A stretch of 64,000 bases of DNA from an uncultured Gammaproteobacteria bacterium (GCA_963820955.1 CAWGCA010000018.1:376-64375), one strand, 5' to 3'. Counted from the first letter of the stretch, positions 37,747-46,369 are shown. Notes: a model not told the origin generated them from the sequence alone. Numbers and translations are program-made.

Positions 37747-38919
37747 TCAATCGGATACGGGAGATAGTCGGTAGAGAGAACCGTTGCTGCTGTCAGTCAA
37801 CAGATACAATAAGCCATCGGGTCCCTGACGGACATCGCGAATACGGCCGAGTTCACCGGAGAGCAGCCGTTCCTCATGCGTTACTTGTTCTCCCTTCAGT
37901 TCCAGGCGCACTAACAGCCCGAACTTAAGGGATCCAAGCAGAAGATTACCCCGCCACTGCGGTATGCGGTCAGACGTGTAGAATGTCATGCCCGAGGGTG
38001 CGATAGAGGGCACCCAGTAGTGGATAGGTTGTGCCATACCTGGTTTATGAGTGCCTTCACCAATGGAGGTGCCGATGCCGTAATTTACCCCATAGGTGAT
38101 AATCGGCCAGCCGTAGTTGACACCGGCACGGATAATGTTCAGTTCGTCGCCGCCTTGCGGTCCATGCTCATGAGCCCAGAGTTCACCAGATACTGGATGC
38201 AGGGCAGCGCCCTGTATGTTGCGATTACCATAACTGAATATTTCTGTGAAAGTCCCTGCCTGTTGCACAAAAGGGTTGTCTTCCGGTACGGACCCATCGG
38301 CATTTAGTCTGATCACCGAACCCGCGTGATCATCAAGTCGTTGTGCTCTGGGACGGTCACCACGATCTCCCAATGTGATATAGAGCCGACTCTGTCGATC
38401 GAAAACCAGCCGGGATCCAAAGTGCCGTCCGGTATGGGATTTGGGTTGCAGTCGAAAAATAACCTGAATATTTTCTAGGTCGGTGCCGTTCCAGCGACCC
38501 CGGGCCACCTCTGTTCCGATACCATTGGTCCCGGGACCCGAGTAGGAAAGGTAAACAAACTGGTTTGCGGGAAACTCAGGATGCAAGGCAACGTCCAGCA
38601 ATCCCCCCTGCCCTTGGGCGCTGATCCGCGGCAGCCCACGCACGGGGCGAGGGTCCAGTTTGCCGTTGCGCTCAATGATCCGCAAACGTCCTGCACGCTC
38701 CGTTACCAGCATACGGCCATCGGGAAGGAAGGCAAGACCCCAGGGGTGTTCCAGACCCTTGATGATCTCTTCGATTTTCAGAGAAACTTTTTGGCTATGA
38801 ATCACCTGATCGGCTTGCGCCGAACTTGCCGATGCCAGAACACACAGGGTAAAAATCAGGGCTAAGGATCCCTGTGTTTTCTTGAAAAAGAGAGCTGGTA
38901 AGGAGTGAAAGATGGGCAT
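37747..38919 (-). CDS. PQQ-dependent soluble sugar (aldose) dehydrogenase, YliI-like, secreted
   Basis: It has a signal peptide ending ASASSAQA. LEHPWGLAFLPDGRMLVTERAGRLRII, GGLLDVALHPEF and HGPQGGDELN are beta-propeller family motifs. Confidence 0.88.
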   Translation of the reverse strand: MPIFHSLPALFFKKTQGSLALIFTLCVLASASSAQADQVIHSQKVSLKIEEIIKGLEHPWGLAFLPDGRMLVTERAGRLRIIERNGKLDPRPVRGLPRISAQGQGGLLDVALHPEFPANQFVYLSYSGPGTNGIGTEVARGRWNGTDLENIQVIFRLQPKSHTGRHFGSRLVFDRQSRLYITLGDRGDRPRAQRLDDHAGSVIRLNADGSVPEDNPFVQQAGTFTEIFSYGNRNIQGAALHPVSGELWAHEHGPQGGDELNIIRAGVNYGWPIITYGVNYGIGTSIGEGTHKPGMAQPIHYWVPSIAPSGMTFYTSDRIPQWRGNLLLGSLKFGLLVRLELKGEQVTHEERLLSGELGRIRDVRQGPDGLLYLLTDSSNGSLYRLSPVSD

Positions 38920-39066
38920 GTTAACGTCTCTAATCTTAAAGTCTGGATATGCGCGACCGATGAGAAAGCCTGTAACGCAGTGCTCTTAGCAACAAATAAC
39001 TTTCTAGATATGTCAGTTCATAGCCCAGCGCCGCGGAGCAGATGCTTGAAGTTTTCATAAGACACG

Positions 39067-39606
39067 TCAGGGCATCATTGGGTTCATGAATCCCATTGGC
39101 CCGGAAATCTGGCGTACATTTTCCCGCATAATCGTGACGCTGTTTGTCATCTGTCCAAATCTCTGCTCGATATTAGTCATTCCCCCGCTGAGCATGCCCA
39201 TATCTGTTTCAATCAATATAATTGAATCACTGATCGACGACATATTGCTTCCCACGCTGGGCATGGTTGCTGCAATGTTAGCCATATTCCTATTAATACT
39301 GTCCATGTGCTCCATATGCTGATTGAATTTGCCAACACTTTGGGTGATAGAAATCATATCCCCCTTGACTTGCTGTAGATTGCCGTGCATCGAATCCATG
39401 CTTGAAACGATACCACTAAGATCCTGATAGAGAATGTGGACGTAATAGACGTTGAACACAGCGACAATGGTTAACAGTACCGAGATCGCAATGATGACGG
39501 CATCGGTGATTTTGAAATGCCTATGCCTTTCGTCAAGATGTATCTGAGTCTCACGCCCGAGCCGGGCGAACACTTCGATCATTACACGTCTAGGATCTTC
39601 AGCCAC
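39067..39606 (-). CDS. Met-rich single-pass membrane protein (paralogue 1)
   Basis: 179 aa with a GTG start 9 nt after AAGGAG and the TM AVIIAISVLLTIVAVFNVYYV. The C-terminal ~120 aa contain 17 Met in recurring (D/N/S)M units and end PMGFMNPMMP. Confidence 0.65.
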   Translation of the reverse strand: MAEDPRRVMIEVFARLGRETQIHLDERHRHFKITDAVIIAISVLLTIVAVFNVYYVHILYQDLSGIVSSMDSMHGNLQQVKGDMISITQSVGKFNQHMEHMDSINRNMANIAATMPSVGSNMSSISDSIILIETDMGMLSGGMTNIEQRFGQMTNSVTIMRENVRQISGPMGFMNPMMP

Positions 39607-39713
39607 CTTGGTGCTCCTTGTTGCACTGAATTATAGCTTTCTGATAAGGCAAACAGATTATTTTTCCAGTCCACATACGTCGAAAAATAGAGTCAAGTCC
39701 GTATACTTTTGGT

Positions 39714-40295
39714 CTATGGGAAAGGAAACATTTTGTTCATACTTCGGGAGGGTTTCGAAATTCTCCCCATGTCGTGACTCATCTGAAGTACTTCCATCCC
39801 CATGTGATCGATGGTGGCCGAGATGTTTCCAACATTGCCCCGAACCACAGATACATTGCGGCTGATGCCGCCAACTGTGGACCGCATGATCTCCATGTCC
39901 TGTGCTATAGAACTCATCTCTCCATCCATTACTTCGGTCTGCCCATTGATACTGTCCAGCAAGGCAACCCTTTTTTCAATAAACTGGATATAGCCGTTCA
40001 TCATCATCATCTGTTCCGATATGGACGAAAAATGCGCATTCATGTCGTTTACCACTCTCGATATTCTATTGAGCTGGGAAGAGAGAGTCAGGAGTAAAAT
40101 CAGTATGGATATGGCAATGAATCCGAGGATAATAATGCCGGTTCGGATGCTGTAGTTAAGGCGGTCGGCCAGTTTGTTCTTGATATCGATCTGGCTCAGA
40201 ACGATGCCTTCAAAGGAACTGACTGCACGGCGAAACTGTTTTTCTAAGACGGCCTCGTCATTGCTGATTTTGATATTATTAGATACATCCACCAT
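39714..40295 (-). CDS. Met-rich single-pass membrane protein (paralogue 2)
   Basis: 193 aa with the same architecture (TM IIILGFIAISILILLLTL). It has about 15 Met in the C-terminal domain, including EQMMMM, and ends SMNKMFPFP. It lies in tandem with paralogue 1. Confidence 0.65.
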   Translation of the reverse strand: MVDVSNNIKISNDEAVLEKQFRRAVSSFEGIVLSQIDIKNKLADRLNYSIRTGIIILGFIAISILILLLTLSSQLNRISRVVNDMNAHFSSISEQMMMMNGYIQFIEKRVALLDSINGQTEVMDGEMSSIAQDMEIMRSTVGGISRNVSVVRGNVGNISATIDHMGMEVLQMSHDMGRISKPSRSMNKMFPFP

Positions 40296-40492
40296 CTGGA
40301 CTGCCTCCGGTAGTACTCAACTGCTTATTCTAGCTTAATATCTGCAGGATCACTAAATCTCTAGCGGTTTCTGTTACTTGAGGCATTGGCTTAAAAACAG
40401 CTCAGGTCTTTTTGTCTCTGTATAATGAATTCTGGCATGAGATATAATGATTGGTATCCATAGTTTTAAAGGTTTGGACCCAGGATTGATCA

Positions 40493-40816
40493 ATGGATGA
40501 AAAGAGTCGAAATGAGTTAGAAGCCGCTGCGTTTCGCGGATTAATAAAACATTTGCAGCAACGCTCCGATGTGCAGAATATAGACCTTATGAACCTGGCA
40601 GGTTTCTGCCGCAATTGTCTTGCGAAATGGTACCATGCGGCAGCTCAGGAAAAAGGTATTAAAATGGGCTATGCAGAAGCCTGTGAGGCGATCTACGGGA
40701 TGTCGTACGAGGAATGGAAGATTACGTATCAGGCTGATGCTACTCCGGAGCAGATGAAGAAGTTCGAGCAGACAAAGCCACTGCATGCGTTCGTCAGCGG
40801 TCATCGAAAATCCTGA
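40493..40816 (+). CDS. DUF1244-family protein
   Basis: ELEAAAFRGLIKHLQQRSDVQNIDLMNLAGFCRNCLAKWY is the conserved DUF1244 core. Confidence 0.8.
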   Translation: MDEKSRNELEAAAFRGLIKHLQQRSDVQNIDLMNLAGFCRNCLAKWYHAAAQEKGIKMGYAEACEAIYGMSYEEWKITYQADATPEQMKKFEQTKPLHAFVSGHRKS

Positions 40817-40844
40817 CCGGCAGCTGTAAAAAAGAATATAAAAC

Positions 40845-40875
40845 GGGGCCAGCAGAACGAATAGCTGCCGACCCC
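40845..40875. terminator. GC-rich hairpin between convergent genes (terminator for the minus-strand small gene, possibly bidirectional)
   Basis: GGGGCCAGCAG-N9-CTGCCGACCCC. In the minus-strand sense it is followed by GTTTTATATTCTTTTTT. Confidence 0.5.
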
Positions 40876-40901
40876 TTGATTTCAGCCAAAAGAGCCGTGG
40901 A

Positions 40902-41195
40902 TCAAGATCCGTAAATCAGATCTGTAGAAAGATCCCTATCGTCGGCTATTCGGTTCACAGGGCCAAAAGACGGAGAGGGTTGTGCCTCATGTAGATTCCA
41001 CAACAGATACCCATCGACGTCATTCTGAACAGGGCCGTAGTATACAAAAGGCTGAGATGGGCTTGCAGCAACCATCCCCTGGCCGTAAATCATATCGCCC
41101 TCGGCATCTGATTGTACGGGCCCTGCGGCTAAGCTGCTTCCAGCGGTAAACAGGGATAAGAGCAGGACAGCTGTAATTGGAATGTTCTTTTTCAT
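40902..41195 (-). CDS. Small secreted repeat protein (paralogue of 59088-59378)
   Basis: The signal peptide is MKKNIPITAVLLLSLFTAGSSLAA. Shared blocks are QSDAEGDMIYG, VAASPSQPFVY.GPVQ and ADDRDLSTDLIYGS-stop. An RBS GGAGA lies 7 nt before ATG 41195. Confidence 0.65.
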   Translation of the reverse strand: MKKNIPITAVLLLSLFTAGSSLAAGPVQSDAEGDMIYGQGMVAASPSQPFVYYGPVQNDVDGYLLWNLHEAQPSPSFGPVNRIADDRDLSTDLIYGS

Positions 41196-41290
41196 GATCG
41201 TTCTCCAGGTCAAAGTTTAGGTGGGTCGCCTCCGGCTGCTATGGGAGTTGGAGGGTTTTTCCAGCAACCGTTATGCTTACCAACGTTTAA

Positions 41291-41307
41291 AGCATATGTC
41301 GTGCCAG
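41291..41307 (-). promoter_or_regulatory. Candidate sigma54 (-24/-12) promoter
   Basis: The minus strand reads CTGGCACGACATATGCT, i.e. TGGCACG-N4-ATGC against the consensus TGGCACG-N4-TTGC. It lies about 96 nt upstream of ATG 41195, and the same arrangement occurs at the paralogue. Confidence 0.45.
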
Positions 41308-41560
41308 ATTATGAGAACCAATAAAAATGCACTATAATACAGATAGTTATGTTTGGTCGTCTCTCGGTCTGCTGTTGCTGGTATTACCCTTAGAACTAAC
41401 ATTTCGTTAAACTTGGATTCTATTGATTGGTTACACTGAATGGTGGGGGGTAGATGCGATCTGTTGTGGTGCCAGTAACTCTATCCTCTTGTATTGAGTT
41501 CGTTTAGCACACTCGTCACGTCTTAAACTGCCATCGTATTTGGATCGAATTAACAACGAT

Positions 41561-42505
41561 ATGTCATCAGCGTCATTCATTTTAATTTTTCTGGCCGGGG
41601 TTTTAGGACTCGGGTTTACTATTGTCGGCGCGCTCGTTTGGTGGGGGAAAAAGCAGGACGAGATGAACAACATGATATTTTTCTGTATTAAATATTTTAT
41701 TAATACGAAAGATATCGGGGAAAAATGCAGGGCTGCATCAGCCTTGGGTCGTGCGAAAGATCCTGCCGCCCTGCTTGTACTGGTCGATATTGTTAACGAT
41801 GACAAAGCGGAAGACATTGTTCGGGAGTCTGCAAGGGAGGCGCTCGAGCAAATGAAGCAGCATTACCGAAAATTCAGAAATGTCATTGACGAACTGTTGT
41901 TGGCGATAGAAAGAAAGGATCAACAGAAACTTGTAGAGATCTTAATCTCAAGTTTTGAAAAAGATGGGAAAAGATATCTGCAAAGTGCCTATGTTATTGG
42001 CCATGAACTTATGGGCCTGGGTCAGTATGAGGCAGCGAGAGAGTGGCTTTTAAAAGCCCAGATCCGTAATAAGAAAGAGAGTATTTATCAGGATCAAATC
42101 AATGACTCGATCAGTAAATGCAATGACTATTTATTTGCCGAAGGGGATGAGCTATATAAAGAGGGGGATTATTATGCTGCAAAAGAGCACTATACAATGG
42201 CGGCGACTCGGTTAAAAGATGAGGATAAAAAGCGTTATGCGGCACATCTTCGTTTAGCCTGCGTATACTGCAAAATCGGGGATTATGTGGATGCAGATCA
42301 ATCATTGCTGCAGGCATTGCAACATCATCACGAAACAGACAACTCGCTTGCTTTGATTAGGTTATTACAAAATGTGCTGACAAATAACCGGAAAGTAAAA
42401 ATAGAAAATTCCGAGAAAAGCAAGATAGACAAGTGTGTGGCTCAAATCATGGATAAAGTGACAACAGAGGGTCCTGAGAAAGGGGGAAAGATCGAAGTAC
42501 CCTAA
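41561..42505 (+). CDS. Membrane-anchored HEAT/TPR-repeat protein, AT-rich gene
   Basis: The TM is FILIFLAGVLGLGFTIVGALVWW. A HEAT-like unit reads AASALGRAKDPAALLVLVDIV. TPR-like units include GDYYAAKEHYTMA and GDYVDADQSLLQAL. The start is uncertain (TTG 41540 or ATG 41561). Confidence 0.65.
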   Translation: MSSASFILIFLAGVLGLGFTIVGALVWWGKKQDEMNNMIFFCIKYFINTKDIGEKCRAASALGRAKDPAALLVLVDIVNDDKAEDIVRESAREALEQMKQHYRKFRNVIDELLLAIERKDQQKLVEILISSFEKDGKRYLQSAYVIGHELMGLGQYEAAREWLLKAQIRNKKESIYQDQINDSISKCNDYLFAEGDELYKEGDYYAAKEHYTMAATRLKDEDKKRYAAHLRLACVYCKIGDYVDADQSLLQALQHHHETDNSLALIRLLQNVLTNNRKVKIENSEKSKIDKCVAQIMDKVTTEGPEKGGKIEVP

Positions 42506-42576
42506 AAAAAACTTCGTCGACGCGTAAGCACCAGTGTGGGTTTGCAGTCTAAGTCAAGGAGTGTCGAAATACATTA

Positions 42577-42794
42577 AGGAACCTCTGATTTATTCGTGCT
42601 CCGTCATCCCGGCGCAGGCTGGGATCCGGTAACTAGTTGATTGCTTTAAGATGGATTCCGTCCTTAGGTCCATAAACGGTGCATCCCTGCACCATTGCTC
42701 CGTCCTTAGGTTCGTAAATGTTGCGTTCCTGCGCCACGGCCTCCGGGTCTATTCTGCGCTTCGTCCGAAATGACGAATGAATCAAAGGTTCCTT
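42577..42794. mobile_element. MITE-like element, family B copy (218 bp)
   Basis: The TIR AAGGAACCTCTGATTTATTCGT matches the reverse complement of the right end (AAGGAACCTTTGATTCATTCGT). The interior has CGTCATCCCGGCGCAGGCTGGGATCC and two CCTTAGGT blocks. Confidence 0.65.
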
Positions 42795-42879
42795 AATATT
42801 AGAAATTTATTATGATTAAATGGATTGCTCGGGATAACAAAAATATTCTGACACACCGATTGATAAATCATTATACTTA

Positions 42880-43010
42880 GAAACTTCTGATTTGTTCCTA
42901 ATCCGTCATCCCGGCGTATGCCGGGATCCAGTAACTTAATTTGATTACTTTAAGATGGATTCCGGATCTACGCTACGCTTTGTCCGGAATGATGAATAAA
43001 TCAGAGTTTC
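42880..43010. mobile_element. MITE-like element, family B short copy (131 bp)
   Basis: GAAACTTCTGATTTGTTCCTAATCCGTCATCCCGGCGTATGCCGGGATCC ... GTCCGGAATGATGAATAAATCAGAGTTTC. Confidence 0.6.
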
Positions 43011-43051
43011 AATAATCGAAACAACTAATCTTTGCCAGGAATATAATAAAG

Positions 43052-44032
43052 ATGAACGCCCCCGTAAAAGTCACTATTACCGGTGCCGCTGGTCATATCG
43101 GTTATGCATTGGCATTCCGGGTAGCTTCCGGAGAAATGTTTGGACAGGAACAACCGGTAATCTTGAGGTTGTTGGAGATCCCGCAAGCCATGTCTTCTGT
43201 TAACGGTGTGGGTATGGAACTCGAAGATTGTGCCTTTCCATTATTGCACGACATTGTGTTGACGGATGATCCAGCCATTGGTTTTCGGGAGGCCGATTAC
43301 GCGATTCTTATAGGAGCCAAGCCTCGGACCAAAGGCATGGAACGTAAGGACCTCATTACAGAAAACGCAAAGATTTTCTCTGAACAGGGTAGGGCGATTA
43401 ACGACCATGCATCCAGCAAAATCAGGGTACTGGTCGTTGGAAATCCGTCAAATACTAACACTTTGATAGCTGGTTCAAATGCGCCGGATCTCAGTCCTAA
43501 CCAGTTTACAGCGATGACACGCCTGGATCACAACCGAGCGTTGGGCCAACTGGCCAACAAGTGTAATTGCCTGGTCGCCGATATTACCCGAATGACCATA
43601 TGGGGCAATCATTCTATGACCCAGTATCCCGATATCAGCCATTGCAGAGTCAACGGGAAATCAGCTTTGGATCTTGTCAGCAGAGATTGGGCCATTGATC
43701 ATTTCATTCCTAAGATTCAGCGAAGAGGCGCTGCAATCATAGAAGCGCGCGGCTTATCCTCCGCAGCATCGGCAGCGGATGCAGTAGTCGATCATGTGCA
43801 CAACTGGGTGCTGGGCACGCCGGAAGGTGACTGGGTCAGCATGGGGGTGCTCTCTGACGGCAGTTACGGCATAGAGGAAGGAGTTGTTTTTTCCTACCCT
43901 GTAACCTGCAAAAACGGTGAGTACGAGATTGTGCAGGGCCTGGAACTGGATCAACTCAGTCAAACCAGACTGCAGGTTTCGGAGAAGGAACTTCGTGATG
44001 AACGCGCTGTAATCGAAGACTTGCTTCGCTGA
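43052..44032 (+). CDS. mdh: NAD-dependent malate dehydrogenase
   Basis: [36 protein letters not shown] and IWGNHS are present; 326 aa. Confidence 0.92.
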   Translation: MNAPVKVTITGAAGHIGYALAFRVASGEMFGQEQPVILRLLEIPQAMSSVNGVGMELEDCAFPLLHDIVLTDDPAIGFREADYAILIGAKPRTKGMERKDLITENAKIFSEQGRAINDHASSKIRVLVVGNPSNTNTLIAGSNAPDLSPNQFTAMTRLDHNRALGQLANKCNCLVADITRMTIWGNHSMTQYPDISHCRVNGKSALDLVSRDWAIDHFIPKIQRRGAAIIEARGLSSAASAADAVVDHVHNWVLGTPEGDWVSMGVLSDGSYGIEEGVVFSYPVTCKNGEYEIVQGLELDQLSQTRLQVSEKELRDERAVIEDLLR

Positions 44033-44283
44033 AATAGACTGCTAAGCAGTTTAAAAAAATGGAAATTGAGGCGACATTTCGGTAAGAGGAGGTGACGCAA
44101 TACAGCGGCGAATCGTATCCTGATTGGGCGCTGCCTCAGTTACCTCGCAGGACAACAGGAAGTTAGGCAGCCCCCCCCCCGATTTTGTAGAATATCTTTT
44201 AAATACAGAGCCACTATGATGCGATCGGCAAACGGTTCTGCGCCTGAGTTCGGCCCTCAAACTACTTCGTCAGATTTTCTGAA

Positions 44284-44435
44284 GGGCACCTCGAAAAATT
44301 CGAGGTGCTCGTGTGGTGCAGGGATGCTCCAATATTTTCTTAAGCGTAAGCACATGAAAATGAGAGCGAACGGAAATCGCGCTTTTCGAGCGCCGTATCG
44401 AATAATCCCATGGAAGGGATTTTTTTGAAGTACTT
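44284..44435 (-). mobile_element. MITE-like element, family A copy 4
   Basis: GGGCACCTCGAAAAATTCGAGGTGCTCGTGTGGTGCAGGGATGC ... CCCATGGAAGGGATTTTTTTGAAGTAC is the reverse orientation of copy 1. Confidence 0.7.
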
Positions 44436-44497
44436 TAACTGTCGATGATAGTTCTCGCTTAAAAGCCCTCTGTCATAAACCTATTTGATACAAAGGT

Positions 44498-45904
44498 GTG
44501 TGGAACGTGAATCGGACTCGAATGGTGTTTTTCTGGTTAGCGATTGAGCGGCTATCTTTGAGGATAGGAAGGCCGGTGATTCGTTGGGGGTGCCTGGTTT
44601 TGGCGGCTATCTGGTTGCTTTTGTTGTTTAGCAGGCCCGTGGCTGCCAATGAAACGCTGACACAAGGAGGTACACTTCTTGAACGAGTAAACGCACGTAT
44701 CGGAAACATCGGCACCAGGGAGCTGAAGGTACTCATTGAGGAGCAGCCGGACGCTGTCCTGATCGATGTGCGAACACCGGGTGAAGTTACTCTGATGGGC
44801 GGTATGATCGCTGCGCCACGTAGTTACAACATTCCCCGAGGATGGCTGGAGTTCAGGGTCCAGGAAATTGTGCCCGTAAAGGACGATCCTATCGTTGTTT
44901 ATTGCGGTATCAATCAGCGCAGCCCCCTGGCTGCGGATACCCTGTTGCAGCTTGGCTATAGTAACGTGAAGAATTATGCAGACGGCATTTTTAGCTGGAA
45001 ATCGGCTGGACTGCCAGTTGAAAGCATGGATAGGGCGTTGGATTCCATGCTCTACAGCAGACCGGAACAGGTTGTAGAGAATGTCTGGTCCGCCATAGGT
45101 GCTACGGCTCCCCCGAGTTACACAAACTCTGGGCATAACAACAATCTTTCCTTCGTGGTCACAGACGATGGTGTGCTGGTCGTCAACGCAGGTGATAACT
45201 ATCTACTCGCCCGGGCCCTGCACGAAGAAATCAAAAAAATCACCGACCAACCAGTGCGCTATGTGGTACTTGAGAATGGGCAAGGTCATGCCATGCTTGG
45301 CATGAACTACTGGCAGGAACAGGGCGTACCGGTGATTGCACATGTGGACGCTGCAAGAGAGATCGAAGAGCATGGCGTGTCTATTCTCGAGCGAATGAGA
45401 GCGCGAAACCGTGACAAGGCGATGGGCACCAGACTTGCCAGACCAGACCAGGTCTTCGACGAAAAGCTGGATATCCAGTTGGGTTCCGAGCGGATCGTGT
45501 TGCTTCACCTGGGGCCTGCTCACAGTCCGGGCGACATCATTGTCTGGCTGCCTCGGAAGTCGCTGGTTATTTCAGGCGACATGGCGTTTCATCAAAGACT
45601 GCTGCCGGTGTTTGAGGACACAGATACAGCCGCCTGGATAGAGACCTGGGAGAAGTTTGCCGAACTCAATGCGAAGTATCTGATCCCCGGGCATGGCGAA
45701 CCGACAAACATGAAAGAGGTGACGAGATACACGCGGGATTATCTGGTTTTTTTGCGGGCGAAAGTAGCTGCTGTCCTGGACGAAGGAGGGGATCTGCAGA
45801 GCGCCTACCAGATCGATCAGTCTGCCTACCGGCATCTCGATACCTATGAAGAACTGGCAAAGCAGAATGCCGGGCGGGTGTTTCGGGCTATGGAGTTTGA
45901 ATAG
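44498..45904 (+). CDS. Exported rhodanese domain fused to a divergent metallo-beta-lactamase-fold domain
   Basis: A signal/TM segment reads LVLAAIWLLLLFSRPVAA. The rhodanese active-site loop is VVYCGINQRS. The MBL fold (FVVTDDGVLVVNAG, GPAHSPGD, IPGHG) has LENGQGH where HxHxDH is expected. Alternative start: ATG 44522. Confidence 0.8.
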   Translation: MWNVNRTRMVFFWLAIERLSLRIGRPVIRWGCLVLAAIWLLLLFSRPVAANETLTQGGTLLERVNARIGNIGTRELKVLIEEQPDAVLIDVRTPGEVTLMGGMIAAPRSYNIPRGWLEFRVQEIVPVKDDPIVVYCGINQRSPLAADTLLQLGYSNVKNYADGIFSWKSAGLPVESMDRALDSMLYSRPEQVVENVWSAIGATAPPSYTNSGHNNNLSFVVTDDGVLVVNAGDNYLLARALHEEIKKITDQPVRYVVLENGQGHAMLGMNYWQEQGVPVIAHVDAAREIEEHGVSILERMRARNRDKAMGTRLARPDQVFDEKLDIQLGSERIVLLHLGPAHSPGDIIVWLPRKSLVISGDMAFHQRLLPVFEDTDTAAWIETWEKFAELNAKYLIPGHGEPTNMKEVTRYTRDYLVFLRAKVAAVLDEGGDLQSAYQIDQSAYRHLDTYEELAKQNAGRVFRAMEFE

Positions 45905-46065
45905 CTCCACGGACAACGCTTGTCGATCAACCCGTTACATGGGGTCTCGTGATGGGTGTTTTTTTGAAAACGTGAAGTACCGCACAAACTCAAAGACGCC
46001 CGTTAAGAAAATATTAAGATTCCCACGCTATAGTTTGAACTGTACCGACATTTTCGACGAGATTT

Positions 46066-46094
46066 CCCCCGGCCACTCCCGCCGGGTTTTTTTT
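46066..46094 (+). terminator. Rho-independent terminator with no CDS directly upstream
   Basis: CCCGGC-CACTCC-C-GCCGGG is followed by T8. It lies 160 nt after the rhodanese-MBL stop. Confidence 0.5.
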
Positions 46095-46126
46095 GTCTCC
46101 GGATCCTGCGTGTTTCTTTCGGCCCG

Positions 46127-46369
46127 TTAGTGTTGGCAGGTATCCAGCCGCTTACTGACTTTGGGTAACAGAGCTATAAAGGCCGTAAGCAGTAGGATGG
46201 TTAGGCCAAGGGCCATCGCGGCCAAACCCAGGAAGGAAATAATCACCAACGGAAAAATCGAACTGCCCTGAAAGAATAAAGGCGGAGCCTGGAATATCAG
46301 GCCCGAGGTAAAAAGAACGGCGGCCAGGGTAACGGCGGCGCGCATTGTTTGACATGTCATAATTGGCAT
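46127..46369 (-). CDS. Possible small (80 aa) two-TM membrane protein
   Basis: The only evidence is hydrophobic helices (AAVTLAAVLFTSGLIF; LGLAAMALGLTILLLTAFIALL) and same-strand position 130 nt downstream of gspB. Confidence 0.35.
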   Translation of the reverse strand: MPIMTCQTMRAAVTLAAVLFTSGLIFQAPPLFFQGSSIFPLVIISFLGLAAMALGLTILLLTAFIALLPKVSKRLDTCQH

